Source of the DNA: a virus
Strand: one strand, 5' to 3'
Length of the DNA stretch: 37,145 nt
UHGV virus genome: UHGV-1356563
The notes under the pieces are model-generated. The model did not search any database. It was not told the DNA's origin and saw nothing but the letters and a program-made list of their open reading frames with translations. This document shows positions 1-9,837 of the stretch, piece after piece (the stretch's first letter is position 1; every line of letters starts with the position of its first letter). The translations under genes were made by a program, and so were the position numbers.

Positions 1-1895
1 CTCTTTATAAGTCCAGCGGTTACAGTTCCGAGGTTTGCGGCAATCGCACTTAGCGTCTCTACATTCAGATTCTCTACAGAAATGTAATAGATCACCCATT
101 TACTTCCATCCCATCTTTTAATCGGCTCTCCGCTTGCGGTCTGCCAAAGCTGTCCTACCTTTGGATTTTCTGGTGCTGTCGGAGATATGATAATTCCACT
201 ATCCCCTGTCTCTCCGTTGTCTCCACGTACACCGATAATCACAGGTGTGGTCTTGGTTTCCGTGCTATTGGTGTACCGGATAAGGTCGTAGCTCCATAGG
301 TTTTTCTTAGTTTCGGTCATATCTTGCTTCAAGGTTGTCCACCCCGGTGATGTTGTCGTGATTCCTGTGCTTTTTTCGGATGCCAAATAATACTTGGTCA
401 CACTCTCGATTCCTACGCCGTCTTTTCCGTCATCTCCGTTTTTTCCCGGTTCTCCCGGTGCTCCATCGTCCACCTTGGTGATTGTTGCCTCATAATATCC
501 ACGCCGGATTCCATTTTCAGTGGCTACAAAAGAGTATACCGCCTTGGTATCCACATCCTCTGCATTTACTGTCACGCTCCTGCCTACATAAAACTCCTGT
601 CCGTCTTTGCTCCAGCGGATTTCCAGACTGTCCGAAACATCCACTCCATTGTTGTAAGCGTAGGCAGTCAGAGTTGTGCTGCCAACACCATTTTTAAAGA
701 TGGTACCGTTATTTGTGGCGATCGAACAGGTGTAAATCTTTGCCTTATTTATTAAGTCCTGCATCCTATCCAACAGATCGCTTGAGATCTCTGACATCAG
801 CTCTTTGTAGTTTGTAAATACGGTCTTTGCTGTCTTTGGGTTGGTAAGGCTCCGTACCTGTTCGGACACTCTCGCCTGCAGGTAAAGGACCGGCGTCCAC
901 TCCTGATCCTGAATCCTTACAGTATCTCCGATGTTAGTATCAAAATATCCGTCTACCTCATAGGTCACTACTGGCTCTGATGCTGTTTTGAGGTCAGATA
1001 ATGCCATGCTGTACAGCTTGTCCTTGCTGTCTGTATCGTACTCTTTACGCATCAGGATATAAGCATCAGCCTTATTTACGATGTTGGACGGGAATCGGTC
1101 TCTTGCCTGCGGTGCCCGGATGAGCGCCCCGTCTGTAAAGTACTCGATATTGCCGTTCTCATCGTATTCCTTTTTATCCAGTCCGTTAATAGTCAGCCCG
1201 TCCTTTCCGGTCGGCTGGATGCAGGTGTATAACTTTTCTGCATCCGTAGTCTTGCGGATTCCGGTAATTCCTTTTCCGTAGCGCAGGACAACATCACTGC
1301 GATATTCTCCGATTCCACTGTCCGTATCGCTGTGTTCTCGGTATACATTCAGGACAATCTCTTTTAAGGAGTAATCGCTGTTTAAGACCGTCTCAAACTC
1401 GATCTCCGCAGAAAAGACATTTGCCAGAGAGAATAATCTCTTTAACACGGTTGTTGTGCCGGTCCATTCGTTGGTGATCCGTTTGTCCGACACCTCATTG
1501 AGCCCCAATTTAAGCGTTCTCTCAGCATCAAAGACGGCAAGGTACTCTTCAAAGCTCATGGCTTTTCCGGCTTTGTATTCGCCAGCATCCTCGTTAATAA
1601 GCTCAAACGACAGAGACCATGCCGTAGCAGTAATTGTCTTCTCCGTCTGATCGGTATTTACAATATTTAAGTAGTAAGATTTACCCTTGTATGTAAAGGC
1701 TACCTTGTTTTCGACTGTAACATGTTCTGCGTCTGGATGCTTGGCATTAACTGTAAAGGTGTATGTGTTCGCTGCTCCCTGTAAGTATTCGTGCAGCTCA
1801 TCATCCCAGTAATGCATAGATTTTTTGTGTGCGTTGTCCATAAATGCTACCGGTGTGTTGTTTGCACTTAAAATCGCAATTCTAATACTGTCCAT
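1..1895 (-). CDS. Tail-associated endopeptidase / minor structural protein (Tal-like), N-terminal 631 codons; C-terminus lies beyond the window start
   Basis: ATG at 1895..1893 overlaps the stop of the upstream gene (TAATG). The frame stays open down to position 1, so it is missing from the ORF track (no stop in window). The N-terminus resembles the siphovirus prophage-tail endopeptidase family. There are collagen-like G-X-Y runs (GAPGEPGKNGDDGKDGVG, GVRGDNGETGDSG). It sits directly after Dit. Confidence 0.6.
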   Translation of the reverse strand, partial: MDSIRIAILSANNTPVAFMDNAHKKSMHYWDDELHEYLQGAANTYTFTVNAKHPDAEHVTVENKVAFTYKGKSYYLNIVNTDQTEKTITATAWSLSFELINEDAGEYKAGKAMSFEEYLAVFDAERTLKLGLNEVSDKRITNEWTGTTTVLKRLFSLANVFSAEIEFETVLNSDYSLKEIVLNVYREHSDTDSGIGEYRSDVVLRYGKGITGIRKTTDAEKLYTCIQPTGKDGLTINGLDKKEYDENGNIEYFTDGALIRAPQARDRFPSNIVNKADAYILMRKEYDTDSKDKLYSMALSDLKTASEPVVTYEVDGYFDTNIGDTVRIQDQEWTPVLYLQARVSEQVRSLTNPKTAKTVFTNYKELMSEISSDLLDRMQDLINKAKIYTCSIATNNGTIFKNGVGSTTLTAYAYNNGVDVSDSLEIRWSKDGQEFYVGRSVTVNAEDVDTKAVYSFVATENGIRRGYYEATITKVDDGAPGEPGKNGDDGKDGVGIESVTKYYLASEKSTGITTTSPGWTTLKQDMTETKKNLWSYDLIRYTNSTETKTTPVIIGVRGDNGETGDSGIIISPTAPENPKVGQLWQTASGEPIKRWDGSKWVIYYISVENLNVETLSAIAANLGTVTAGLIK

Positions 1896-3364
1896 TACAA
1901 GTATGCCTCCCTTATTTTGGCTTTAATCTGTGGCGGCGGAGAGGAAAAGGAAGAGTAGCAGAACTGCACTTCCGTTGTTCCAGGCGGGACTTTCGGATAA
2001 TTGGATCCATTAATCTCATCTCCTTTTGCCGGCATCCCGTTTACATAGACCTTTGTACTCTCTCCGTCTATAGATACCACATCTCCGGCGCGATACCGGT
2101 TTGGGACATCCTTATACTTATCGACATTGTCTTTCCGGAATCGGATGCTTTTTAAATAGTTATGCGTGACGTACTGGTTCGTGAGGTTTCTGTCTCCCCA
2201 CTGCCCGATCCAGATCTGGATTTTTTCACATTCCATATCCTTAATCTCTGGTATGTTTCGCTCCATGTAACTTCCATACCAGAAAATCCGCAGCTTTTCT
2301 CCCTCTTTTAAAAAGTCGTTGTGGCATCCCATTTTTAGGTTAAACGGATTGCCCTCGTATGCTGTCGGCTGGAACTCTTCCCGTCTGAGCAAGGTGTTCC
2401 CGGGGGCGAACCACTCGATACGCGCCGTATTCCCTGTAGCGTCACTTTTGTTAATAGACATGGCGCAGATCACCTTGTTATCTCCAGTCAGGAATGCAAT
2501 GGTCTGCGCTCCTGTCTGCCCCATCAATCCGGTTTCGAACCAGTGCTGCGTGTAACAGTAAAAGTTCTTTGCCCCACGTCTGCCCTCGCTGTCCACCGGG
2601 ATAGTAAGTGTTTTCATTCCACCGTTCCAGTATCCGGATGTTGCTTGTCCACCTTTTAATGCCATAACGTTATATCCAGCAGCATTCTTGACTTCGAGTG
2701 TTCCCTGTGTGGTGTTTTCCGGATTCTGATAAGAGGTGCCATGATCATCTTGAAACAAGCCGTAACCGTTAAACAGTTCTTCGGACGCTTCGTAGTTCTC
2801 TCCGTCTGCCTCCTCTTGTTTTCCAAGCTGGATGACTCCATATTGGCTTACCAGTCCGATAAAGCCGTTTTCGTGCTGGTGTGTGATCTCATAGTCCACG
2901 TCTGCCCATTCGGTGCCTTTGTTTTGGATTGTAATGGTCTGGTAGCCGTCTTTTTGTACTCCGTCAAAGGAGAATTCTGCGGCTGAGTACGCTACTCCGT
3001 CTGGGATGAGCCATGTGATCGTGCCTTTCCCAAACATTGCAACCTGTGTTATATCAAAATTACCGTCAGGGACAGCATAAAAATAGCGATTCGGATAATT
3101 CCCAAACACAAGCCTTTTCGGCTCTGTGACGTTCAGGATTTTCTGAATCGCATCATAGCTTGCCAAGATATCACCTTTAATTTCGAATGGCATTTCGAGC
3201 GTCTTTGATTTATATGTTATATAGCCAAAATCCTCTCCTTTTGCACTTTCTGCTCCGTCAAGTAGCTCCGACTCTCTATTCACTCCGCTAAACGGAGAGA
3301 ACCCGGACAATACACTTAAGTATCGCCCGAGTTCCTGATCATTGAATTTTACAGATAAACTCAA
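1895..3364 (-). CDS. Distal tail protein (Dit-like phage tail component)
   Basis: 489-aa ORF immediately downstream of the tape measure gene, with 4-nt overlaps on both sides. This size and position are typical of siphovirus Dit. Confidence 0.55.
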   Translation of the reverse strand: MSLSVKFNDQELGRYLSVLSGFSPFSGVNRESELLDGAESAKGEDFGYITYKSKTLEMPFEIKGDILASYDAIQKILNVTEPKRLVFGNYPNRYFYAVPDGNFDITQVAMFGKGTITWLIPDGVAYSAAEFSFDGVQKDGYQTITIQNKGTEWADVDYEITHQHENGFIGLVSQYGVIQLGKQEEADGENYEASEELFNGYGLFQDDHGTSYQNPENTTQGTLEVKNAAGYNVMALKGGQATSGYWNGGMKTLTIPVDSEGRRGAKNFYCYTQHWFETGLMGQTGAQTIAFLTGDNKVICAMSINKSDATGNTARIEWFAPGNTLLRREEFQPTAYEGNPFNLKMGCHNDFLKEGEKLRIFWYGSYMERNIPEIKDMECEKIQIWIGQWGDRNLTNQYVTHNYLKSIRFRKDNVDKYKDVPNRYRAGDVVSIDGESTKVYVNGMPAKGDEINGSNYPKVPPGTTEVQFCYSSFSSPPPQIKAKIREAYL

Positions 3365-5691
3365 TCTCTGTCTCCTCCTAACATCTTCCGAAAACTAGAA
3401 TTCTTTTCCATTTGTTTCTCCATTGGTGTCGCAAGCACTCTGGAAGTCTCAACAGAATCAATTTTATTGATAATTTCAAGCGGCCGGTTTGCGAGTCTGG
3501 ATAATCGATCTACTGCGTAGATTAGATCATCGTTGTTGTTGGCTTTTTGAATTCCAACGCTTTTCTGGTACGTTTGACTTCCAGCGCTTTCCGGCACTGA
3601 TAACGTTACACCACTCACAGATGCGGACAACTGCGACACCACCTTACCGGATACTTTTTTCATTTCTTCATACGGCATGTACTCTTCATATCCAACGCCA
3701 ACTCCCATTGCAAGATACTTACCAACCTGATCTCGCATAACTCTGGACGGTGATTTTATACCAAAAAAATCACAAATAGCTGTAACTACACTATCAGCGA
3801 ATCCACCTATTTTATCAATGATCCATCCCGTCATGTTGGATATTCCATTCCACAGCCCCTGAACAATATTGCTGCCGATAGAAGCCATCTGTCCGGGAAT
3901 GGAAGAGATTGTACTTACGATAGTACTTACAATATTCGAAGCGGCATTTTTTACTGCAACGATTGAAGTTTGTATCACATTAGAAAACCCAGTCATTGCA
4001 GTTCGACCGATATCGCGCAATAAAGTTGGCAAATTTTGAACAGATGATTTGATTCCGTTCAATATGCTTTTTCCGCATTCTGTGACGAAACCAACCATAG
4101 ATTTAATTCCGTTTCCTAATGCGGTTATAATGGTTTTACCAAGATTCAACCACTGGAACGCCATTAATGTATCAACGATAGCTGCTATAATCTGTGGAAT
4201 ATTTGCAATCAGAGTCGGTATTGCCTGAATAAGTCCGAGCGCCAACTGACCAAGTAATTCAGCACCCTTCATCAGGATTGTAGGGAAATTATCATTGATG
4301 ATGTTTGCGAATGTCGAAATAATTTCCGGAACTCGCTCAATCAATATCGGTATTGCGGTCACGATTCCCTCGACAAATTTTTGTAGCAGCTCAAAACCTT
4401 TTTGAATCATTACAGGAGCTGCTTCTGCAAGTTTTTCGCCGATACCCTGGACAAAGTCGAGCACTTTCGGCAATGCTTCAGGAATTGCCTGTACAAATCC
4501 GTCAATCAGATTGCTCAGTAGTTCGTATCCTTGCTGCAGCAAACCCGGGCCCTGTGTCGTCAGTTGCTCGTATAAAGTTGTAATGAGCTGAGTTGCAAGC
4601 AAGCCGACAGATGGCAATATTTGCATCATTCCACTCACTATCGCCTGTATGATCTGTATTCCGGATGATAACAGCTGAGGTATGCTGGTGCTGATATTTT
4701 GTGCAAATGAGCTTATAATCTGCGCTGATGCAGTTACAATTCCGGGCAATGCTTGTATAATTCCAGTTGTTATGTTGGAAATGACTTGTCCACCGATCTG
4801 CATCATTTCTCCGAGTTTTCCAGAGTTAAGTGACTGCGAAAGACTGTCCATCAACAGGTTTCCAACCTCTGGGAGTTCTTTTGCGAGTCTTGGAACAATC
4901 TGCATCAAATTATTTGTTATATTTTCAGCCGCAGCCTTTACAGCGTCTGCCAACTCCTGCGGGGAACTTGAACCATTTAAAAAGTTGTCAAACGCGGCTT
5001 TTGCGGATTGCACAGAACCCTCTATGGTAGTCAATGCTTCTGCGCTTGTCGTTCCGGCAATACCCATATTTTCCTGAATCTTGTGGATTGCTTGAATGAT
5101 CTGATCAAATGACACATTGTCGAGATTTTCTATTTTCTCATTCAAAATGCCGCTATCATTAATCAAGCGTATCATTTCAGCCTGTGTTCCACCATATCCA
5201 AGCTTCAGGTTATCCAACATTGTGTAGTTCTGCTTCGCGAATCCCTGATAAGCATTTTGGATATCCGTCATGTTGGAACCGAATTTATTCGCATTGTCAG
5301 ACATGTCTACCATTGCCATATCTGCTATTTTAGCGGCTTCCGCGGTGTTATTCCCAAGCCCCTGTAAAAGCGATGCAGAAAAGCTTGTCACAGTCTCCAT
5401 GTACTTATTTGCGGATACACCAGCTGTCTTATACGCATTATTCGCGTTATCAATCACTGTCTGTGCGCTATCTTTAAACAGCGTCTCAACACCGCCTATG
5501 TTCTGCTCCAAGCTTGCAACAGAATCAAGAGACATTTTAGACACTGCCCCAAATGCTGCAGCAACGCCAGCTACTGATCCGGCAATCACTTTCAATCCGC
5601 CGCTTGCAACGCTGCCAAGTTTGGAAATTCCTGAATTAAATCCAGATTCGTTTATTTCTGTGTTAAATTTTAATGAGCCATCGTAACCCAT
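3361..5691 (-). CDS. Tail tape measure protein
   Basis: 776-aa, A/G/S/I/L-rich, low-complexity helical protein. The N-terminal region resembles the TP901-type tape-measure core. It lies downstream of the chaperone pair. RBS AAGGAGGG. Confidence 0.85.
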   Translation of the reverse strand: MGYDGSLKFNTEINESGFNSGISKLGSVASGGLKVIAGSVAGVAAAFGAVSKMSLDSVASLEQNIGGVETLFKDSAQTVIDNANNAYKTAGVSANKYMETVTSFSASLLQGLGNNTAEAAKIADMAMVDMSDNANKFGSNMTDIQNAYQGFAKQNYTMLDNLKLGYGGTQAEMIRLINDSGILNEKIENLDNVSFDQIIQAIHKIQENMGIAGTTSAEALTTIEGSVQSAKAAFDNFLNGSSSPQELADAVKAAAENITNNLMQIVPRLAKELPEVGNLLMDSLSQSLNSGKLGEMMQIGGQVISNITTGIIQALPGIVTASAQIISSFAQNISTSIPQLLSSGIQIIQAIVSGMMQILPSVGLLATQLITTLYEQLTTQGPGLLQQGYELLSNLIDGFVQAIPEALPKVLDFVQGIGEKLAEAAPVMIQKGFELLQKFVEGIVTAIPILIERVPEIISTFANIINDNFPTILMKGAELLGQLALGLIQAIPTLIANIPQIIAAIVDTLMAFQWLNLGKTIITALGNGIKSMVGFVTECGKSILNGIKSSVQNLPTLLRDIGRTAMTGFSNVIQTSIVAVKNAASNIVSTIVSTISSIPGQMASIGSNIVQGLWNGISNMTGWIIDKIGGFADSVVTAICDFFGIKSPSRVMRDQVGKYLAMGVGVGYEEYMPYEEMKKVSGKVVSQLSASVSGVTLSVPESAGSQTYQKSVGIQKANNNDDLIYAVDRLSRLANRPLEIINKIDSVETSRVLATPMEKQMEKNSSFRKMLGGDRD

Positions 5692-5742
5692 ACTATCCCT
5701 CCTTTATGGATAGCACAGGCTCAATGGCTCAATTTAAAGTGC

Positions 5743-5895
5743 TTAAATCTTAATCTCTACTTCTTTTTTACATGTCCGGCACTTAATAAATACATTGGTA
5801 CAGACAGTTGCATTATCATAAATCAAGAGTTTACACCCACACACCGGACATATATACCACTTTCTTACCAGTGGCGGTTTCTTTATTTTGTTCAT
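5743..5895 (-). CDS. Small zinc-ribbon protein (CPVC...CRTC), 50 aa
   Basis: ATG at 5895 is preceded by GAGGTGA overlapping the upstream stop. It carries four Cys in two CxxC pairs and lies between the Gp15-like gene and the tape measure. Confidence 0.35.
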   Translation of the reverse strand: MNKIKKPPLVRKWYICPVCGCKLLIYDNATVCTNVFIKCRTCKKEVEIKI

Positions 5896-5905
5896 CTTCA
5901 TCACC

Positions 5906-6478
5906 TCACATGAAAGCGTTACCGATATCATAATCCGTCAGGCTCTCAGATGGTAATTGAATTGATTTCTGGATCTTTTTGATTCGTTTTCTCTCTTCTT
6001 TGTCTTTAATTTCCGATAAATCAACGCTGCGGTACATTATTCGCTGCTTGATCTCTGTATCGTCAGATAGACCATCGAAAAGCATCCGGAATTTCCACCA
6101 GTGCATATATTTAATGTCGATTAAATCAATCCCATAATCCCTGAGAAAGCCGGATAATATATATGGATAATCAATGGAGTACGAGAACAATTTTTTCTTC
6201 GGTTTTTCTTGTGGTCTCCCACAATCACCTGTCTCCGCAACCTCTACGCAATTTGTATCCATCGTTATAAAGCAGGACAATGCGCTTATAGCTTCTTCGT
6301 CTGCAATCACGTCATCGATAAAATATTGCTGTATGATCGCGAATTTTTGAAGAGCATCAAGCTCTTGATCTTTTAACATGTCCAAAAGCCTGATATATTC
6401 ACGGAAATCCGTAATAACCTTGATGTTTTCACCTTTCACATTTACCGTGTTTGGCAACTCTTCATAAAAAAAATTCAT
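5906..6478 (-). CDS. Tail assembly protein (Gp15-like / gpT-position protein)
   Basis: 190 aa from the ATG at 6478, which sits 1 nt after the chaperone stop (TAAcATG). Its position between the chaperone and the tape measure is that of the Gp15 family of Gram-positive siphoviruses. The TTG start at 6529 given in the ORF track has no RBS. Confidence 0.45.
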   Translation of the reverse strand: MNFFYEELPNTVNVKGENIKVITDFREYIRLLDMLKDQELDALQKFAIIQQYFIDDVIADEEAISALSCFITMDTNCVEVAETGDCGRPQEKPKKKLFSYSIDYPYILSGFLRDYGIDLIDIKYMHWWKFRMLFDGLSDDTEIKQRIMYRSVDLSEIKDKEERKRIKKIQKSIQLPSESLTDYDIGNAFM

Positions 6479-6479
6479 G

Positions 6480-6845
6480 TTATTTCTTTGCACGTCTCTG
6501 ACCTCTATTCGGAGTATATTTGCTAACAACAGAATTTCTTCTCTTGTTTACGGCATTGATTTCTTTTTCACATACAGCAATGAACGAATCATAGCACTCT
6601 TCGCAAACTCTCAAATTCATTTTACCGTCAAAAAGTTTTTCAGAAGTACCTTCTCCGAAAATCCCGTCAAAAATATCATAAAACAGCAAACAATATTCTC
6701 TGGTTATTTCGGATATTTTTCCAACCTTTTCGAGCTTCTTCTCCCTCGGCTCGATGTTTTCAAATACTTTTTCATACCTTTCCAAAAACTCTACATCGTC
6801 CATATCGATTTCAAGCTCTACATCATTCCATTTCCACTGGCTCAT
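6480..6845 (-). CDS. Tail assembly chaperone (gpG-position)
   Basis: 121-aa acidic protein between the major tail protein and the Gp15-like gene. It occupies the conserved chaperone slot. Confidence 0.45.
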   Translation of the reverse strand: MSQWKWNDVELEIDMDDVEFLERYEKVFENIEPREKKLEKVGKISEITREYCLLFYDIFDGIFGEGTSEKLFDGKMNLRVCEECYDSFIAVCEKEINAVNKRRNSVVSKYTPNRGQRRAKK

Positions 6846-6899
6846 TGGCTCACTCTCCTATTCTTTTTTGTGTTTTTACCGCCTTAAAATCGGCGGCAA

Positions 6900-7427
6900 C
6901 TACTCCCCCATGTAATCACCCTTAGTGTAAGTAACCGTCTTAGATGTAATATCAGTCTCTGTAACATATCCTTCCTCGATGTCGGATACAGCTTTCAGTG
7001 ATCCACTGTAAACCAATGCGTCCGTTCCGTCTCCGTCAGAATCTGGAATAACTGCGTAAGTCCTCTTTGTCGCAAAGCACTTATCGCCTTTCGTATTTTT
7101 TTTATAAAAATCCACTGTGACAACTTCCACGTGCGCATCATCAGCAACTTTCTCTCCATCATGGATTGCCGCAATGCGCTCATGTACCGGATTGCCCACG
7201 TACATATCGAAGGAGTATTCCGTAGCCGGAGCATATCCAACTACATCTGATCTCTCGGTGCTTTCATCCACGTACTGTCTGGAATACTCTTTCGGGTTTT
7301 TTCCGTTTGTCATTGCGGTAAAATTTGTCATTCTTTCGTATTTCGGCGAACTACCCGCTGCATCCGTGTTCATGAATGCCACACGCAAATGTCTGCCGAC
7401 TAATTTTGGTGCTGCTGCTACTGCCAT
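6900..7427 (-). CDS. Major tail protein
   Basis: 175 aa from the ATG at 7427 with AGGAGG 7 nt upstream. It precedes the chaperones in the conserved tail gene order. It is followed by a CCGCC/GGCGG hairpin. Confidence 0.6.
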   Translation of the reverse strand: MAVAAAPKLVGRHLRVAFMNTDAAGSSPKYERMTNFTAMTNGKNPKEYSRQYVDESTERSDVVGYAPATEYSFDMYVGNPVHERIAAIHDGEKVADDAHVEVVTVDFYKKNTKGDKCFATKRTYAVIPDSDGDGTDALVYSGSLKAVSDIEEGYVTETDITSKTVTYTKGDYMGE

Positions 7428-7429
7428 AC

Positions 7430-7849
7430 TTATACCTCCTGCATATAAATTAAGCGGCACTCGATACGATATTTAGCTTTTTCCTCGTTAATATCGTACA
7501 AGTAACCGCTGTTTAAAGTTTCTACCGTTATCGGACTCTTCTTTTCTCCGAGCTCCGGCAGGTTATTATTAAAACTCTGTTGCTCCAACCACTCCTCAAA
7601 GCTTTGGAAGAATCCGCTATTTTCAATATTAATTCTTGCATCTTGATCATATTCCTCTTGGCTTGTAAAGGCGAATTGAAACTGCTTCTTCGCCCCTCCA
7701 TCCATATATCTCTGAATAATCGGATCGCACGGAAGAGGGTCAATAGAGTACCCCATATCCGTTCCGATATAATCCACATTTACACGTCCATCACTTAAAA
7801 ACGGACATGTGAGAATGTATGATCTGACGCTGTCAATGAGATTTGACAT
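7430..7849 (-). CDS. Neck/tail-completion protein
   Basis: 139-aa ORF in the head-tail joining block, coupled to its neighbours by short overlaps. Confidence 0.4.
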   Translation of the reverse strand: MSNLIDSVRSYILTCPFLSDGRVNVDYIGTDMGYSIDPLPCDPIIQRYMDGGAKKQFQFAFTSQEEYDQDARINIENSGFFQSFEEWLEQQSFNNNLPELGEKKSPITVETLNSGYLYDINEEKAKYRIECRLIYMQEV

Positions 7850-8237
7850 ACTTCGCCGCTCCTTTCAGGATAGAGTCTTTGTGACGATTTTTCATGCGTT
7901 CGAACCATCGTGATTTTTCCTTGTGCTCGTAATATTGCCTACGTGCGTAAGGTGCAATCTGGTTGATCTCGCCGCTACCAATCACAGTTCCAAGTGTGGC
8001 TGACTTAACAAGCACACCTGTACGTCTTGGAGTCTCCGGGTTCATGCGCCGGATGCATTCAGAGTCAACAAACTCCTGTGCGCTTGCGAAACCAGATTCC
8101 ATATTCGGTTTAAAGCTCGGATTCCAGTCGAGTCTCGCTATTGTCCTTCCTTTCAAATCTCCCTTGGAAATCGTGTAAGTTGATATCTTGCCTCTCGGTG
8201 TCTCGATCTTAAATTTCTTCTTTCCTTTCGCCATCAC
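7833..8237 (-). CDS. Neck protein (HK97 gp10-like position)
   Basis: 134-aa basic ORF in the head-tail joining block. It has a 4-nt overlap with the upstream gene. Confidence 0.4.
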   Translation of the reverse strand: MMAKGKKKFKIETPRGKISTYTISKGDLKGRTIARLDWNPSFKPNMESGFASAQEFVDSECIRRMNPETPRRTGVLVKSATLGTVIGSGEINQIAPYARRQYYEHKEKSRWFERMKNRHKDSILKGAAKYVKSH

Positions 8238-8569
8238 ACTCCCACCACCTTAATATGCGGATTGCCGCCAAAAGTATTGTAGTTTGCAGATGTAATTCTA
8301 GCCTTGTCCAGTCCGTCAAAGTCCTTAATCGTCTGCATGTCAACCTTGCAATCGCCTTTTACAAGGTAATCGTCTTTCTTAATTTCCACGCTCGTATCCG
8401 GGATTCTGACCGTGTAGGTGTCTGCTTGCTTTAATCCATCTGTCGTGATCTGCGACTTTTCATTTTTGTACCACCATACCTCAGGTATGTAAGCTCGCTC
8501 CCACTCATCCAGTCTGGTTTCCGAGTTGTATTTCCGGCTGTACAGTGTTGCATCTGTGTTGGTTATCAT
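8234..8569 (-). CDS. Head closure / head-tail adaptor protein
   Basis: 111-aa ORF with 4-nt overlaps on both sides. Its size fits head-closure proteins. Confidence 0.4.
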   Translation of the reverse strand: MITNTDATLYSRKYNSETRLDEWERAYIPEVWWYKNEKSQITTDGLKQADTYTVRIPDTSVEIKKDDYLVKGDCKVDMQTIKDFDGLDKARITSANYNTFGGNPHIKVVGV

Positions 8570-8946
8570 GATTCTACCCCCATATACAAGAGTCTGGTCG
8601 GCTCAAGATAAAGCAACAATGTGTCAAATATATTTCTTTTTAGTAGATCGTCCGCTGTCTCTCCGTTTCCTCCGCTTTCGTAACTGACAGAGTATCCATC
8701 CGTGTTTTCGGATGTAACCGCACGTCCTAAGTGTTTGCTTCTGACTTTTTCATCATTTGCCAACAATTCGCAGACTGCGCAGGTGGCAAGCTTTATTTCT
8801 TCCATCTCCATATTGTCATCAGCGCGCCCGAAGGTAATCCTCCGGACGTAAGCTGATGCTTTCATAATGGATTTTTCAAACTCTTCTTTCGTCAGATTCC
8901 CCTTGTATGCAGAGGTATAATATTCATAATCTGCGTACAGATTCAT
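8566..8946 (-). CDS. Head-tail connector (gp6-like position)
   Basis: 126 aa from the ATG at 8946 with AAGGAG 7 nt upstream. The ORF-track start at 9042 would overlap the capsid gene. It is the first gene after the major capsid gene. Confidence 0.45.
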   Translation of the reverse strand: MNLYADYEYYTSAYKGNLTKEEFEKSIMKASAYVRRITFGRADDNMEMEEIKLATCAVCELLANDEKVRSKHLGRAVTSENTDGYSVSYESGGNGETADDLLKRNIFDTLLLYLEPTRLLYMGVES

Positions 8947-8957
8947 TCGATCACTCC

Positions 8958-9812
8958 TTACACTACTGTGTGTACATAGATACCGTCTTTCTTGTTGTCG
9001 TAGCATTCTGCGATACCGACAGTGCGGTATCCGAATTTCCAAGCGTCTGCATCCTGGTTCTGATCTGGTGTGATAATCTTAGATACTGTGTGTTTCTGGT
9101 ACTGGATGGCTGCCTGCTTGTCCACAATCATAAAGTTAACTGCCTTACCACTGGCGTTCTTAGCATATCCACCTGCACCAGAAGCTGTCAGATCGATTTT
9201 GGAATAAAATCTTCCCTCCGGAACTTTGACAATTCCGGCAAATCCATCAATTGCTTTCTTGGATGCTGTAGTATCCAGATCTTCGATCAATCCGTAGATT
9301 GTTGGATTGATGAACAGATAGCAAGTTGCAAGGTTTGCTTCTGCGTTCTCAATTTTGCTTCTAGCTGTTCTGAGTGCTGCAAGCGCTGCCTTGCCGTCTG
9401 AAAGAGCCGCAGCCACAGTTGTTACACCTTCAATAGACGCATAGCCTGCAAGACGGTACGCATCAAGTTCCGGTACTACTTTGGTGCGCAAGAACTCTCC
9501 AGACAATCTGCCAAATGCTACGCCTGCGGATTCGATATTGTCCATAGCATCGATCGTGAACATTCGTCCACGGTCATATCCGCATTTCTTTGTTTCGTAT
9601 TCCAGAGTCACATCACCAGCAACATAGCCAGTCTGCTTGTTGTAGTTTGCAAGTCCCTGCATGGACATTTTCGGGATCAGAATCTCATTTGCGTTCGCTC
9701 CCTCTCTCACAAGCTCATTCGGACCATCCAAAACCGCTGTCAAAGACGCCAGTTTGTAAACTTCATCCAACATCGTAGAGTATGCTTTTCTTAATGCAAT
9801 TGTGTTCGTCAT
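8958..9812 (-). CDS. Major capsid protein
   Basis: 284-aa ORF directly downstream of the scaffold gene. Its composition resembles HK97-fold capsid proteins. It sits in the conserved scaffold-MCP order. Confidence 0.7.
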   Translation of the reverse strand: MTNTIALRKAYSTMLDEVYKLASLTAVLDGPNELVREGANANEILIPKMSMQGLANYNKQTGYVAGDVTLEYETKKCGYDRGRMFTIDAMDNIESAGVAFGRLSGEFLRTKVVPELDAYRLAGYASIEGVTTVAAALSDGKAALAALRTARSKIENAEANLATCYLFINPTIYGLIEDLDTTASKKAIDGFAGIVKVPEGRFYSKIDLTASGAGGYAKNASGKAVNFMIVDKQAAIQYQKHTVSKIITPDQNQDADAWKFGYRTVGIAECYDNKKDGIYVHTVV

Positions 9813-9837
9813 ATCTTATTACCTCATTCTTTCAAAA

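Noticed and set aside
3489-5686. Plus-strand ORFs (83-138 aa) lying antisense inside the tape measure gene
   Set aside because: They have no SD and are low complexity. They mirror the repetitive A/G/S-rich TMP coding strand, so they are chance open frames.
5906-6529. Classical -1 programmed frameshift joining the chaperone to the downstream ORF (gpG/gpGT)
   Set aside because: The downstream frame is +1 relative to the chaperone. I see no slippery heptamer of the X XXY YYZ type in the overlap. The ATG at 6478 directly after the stop explains the gene.
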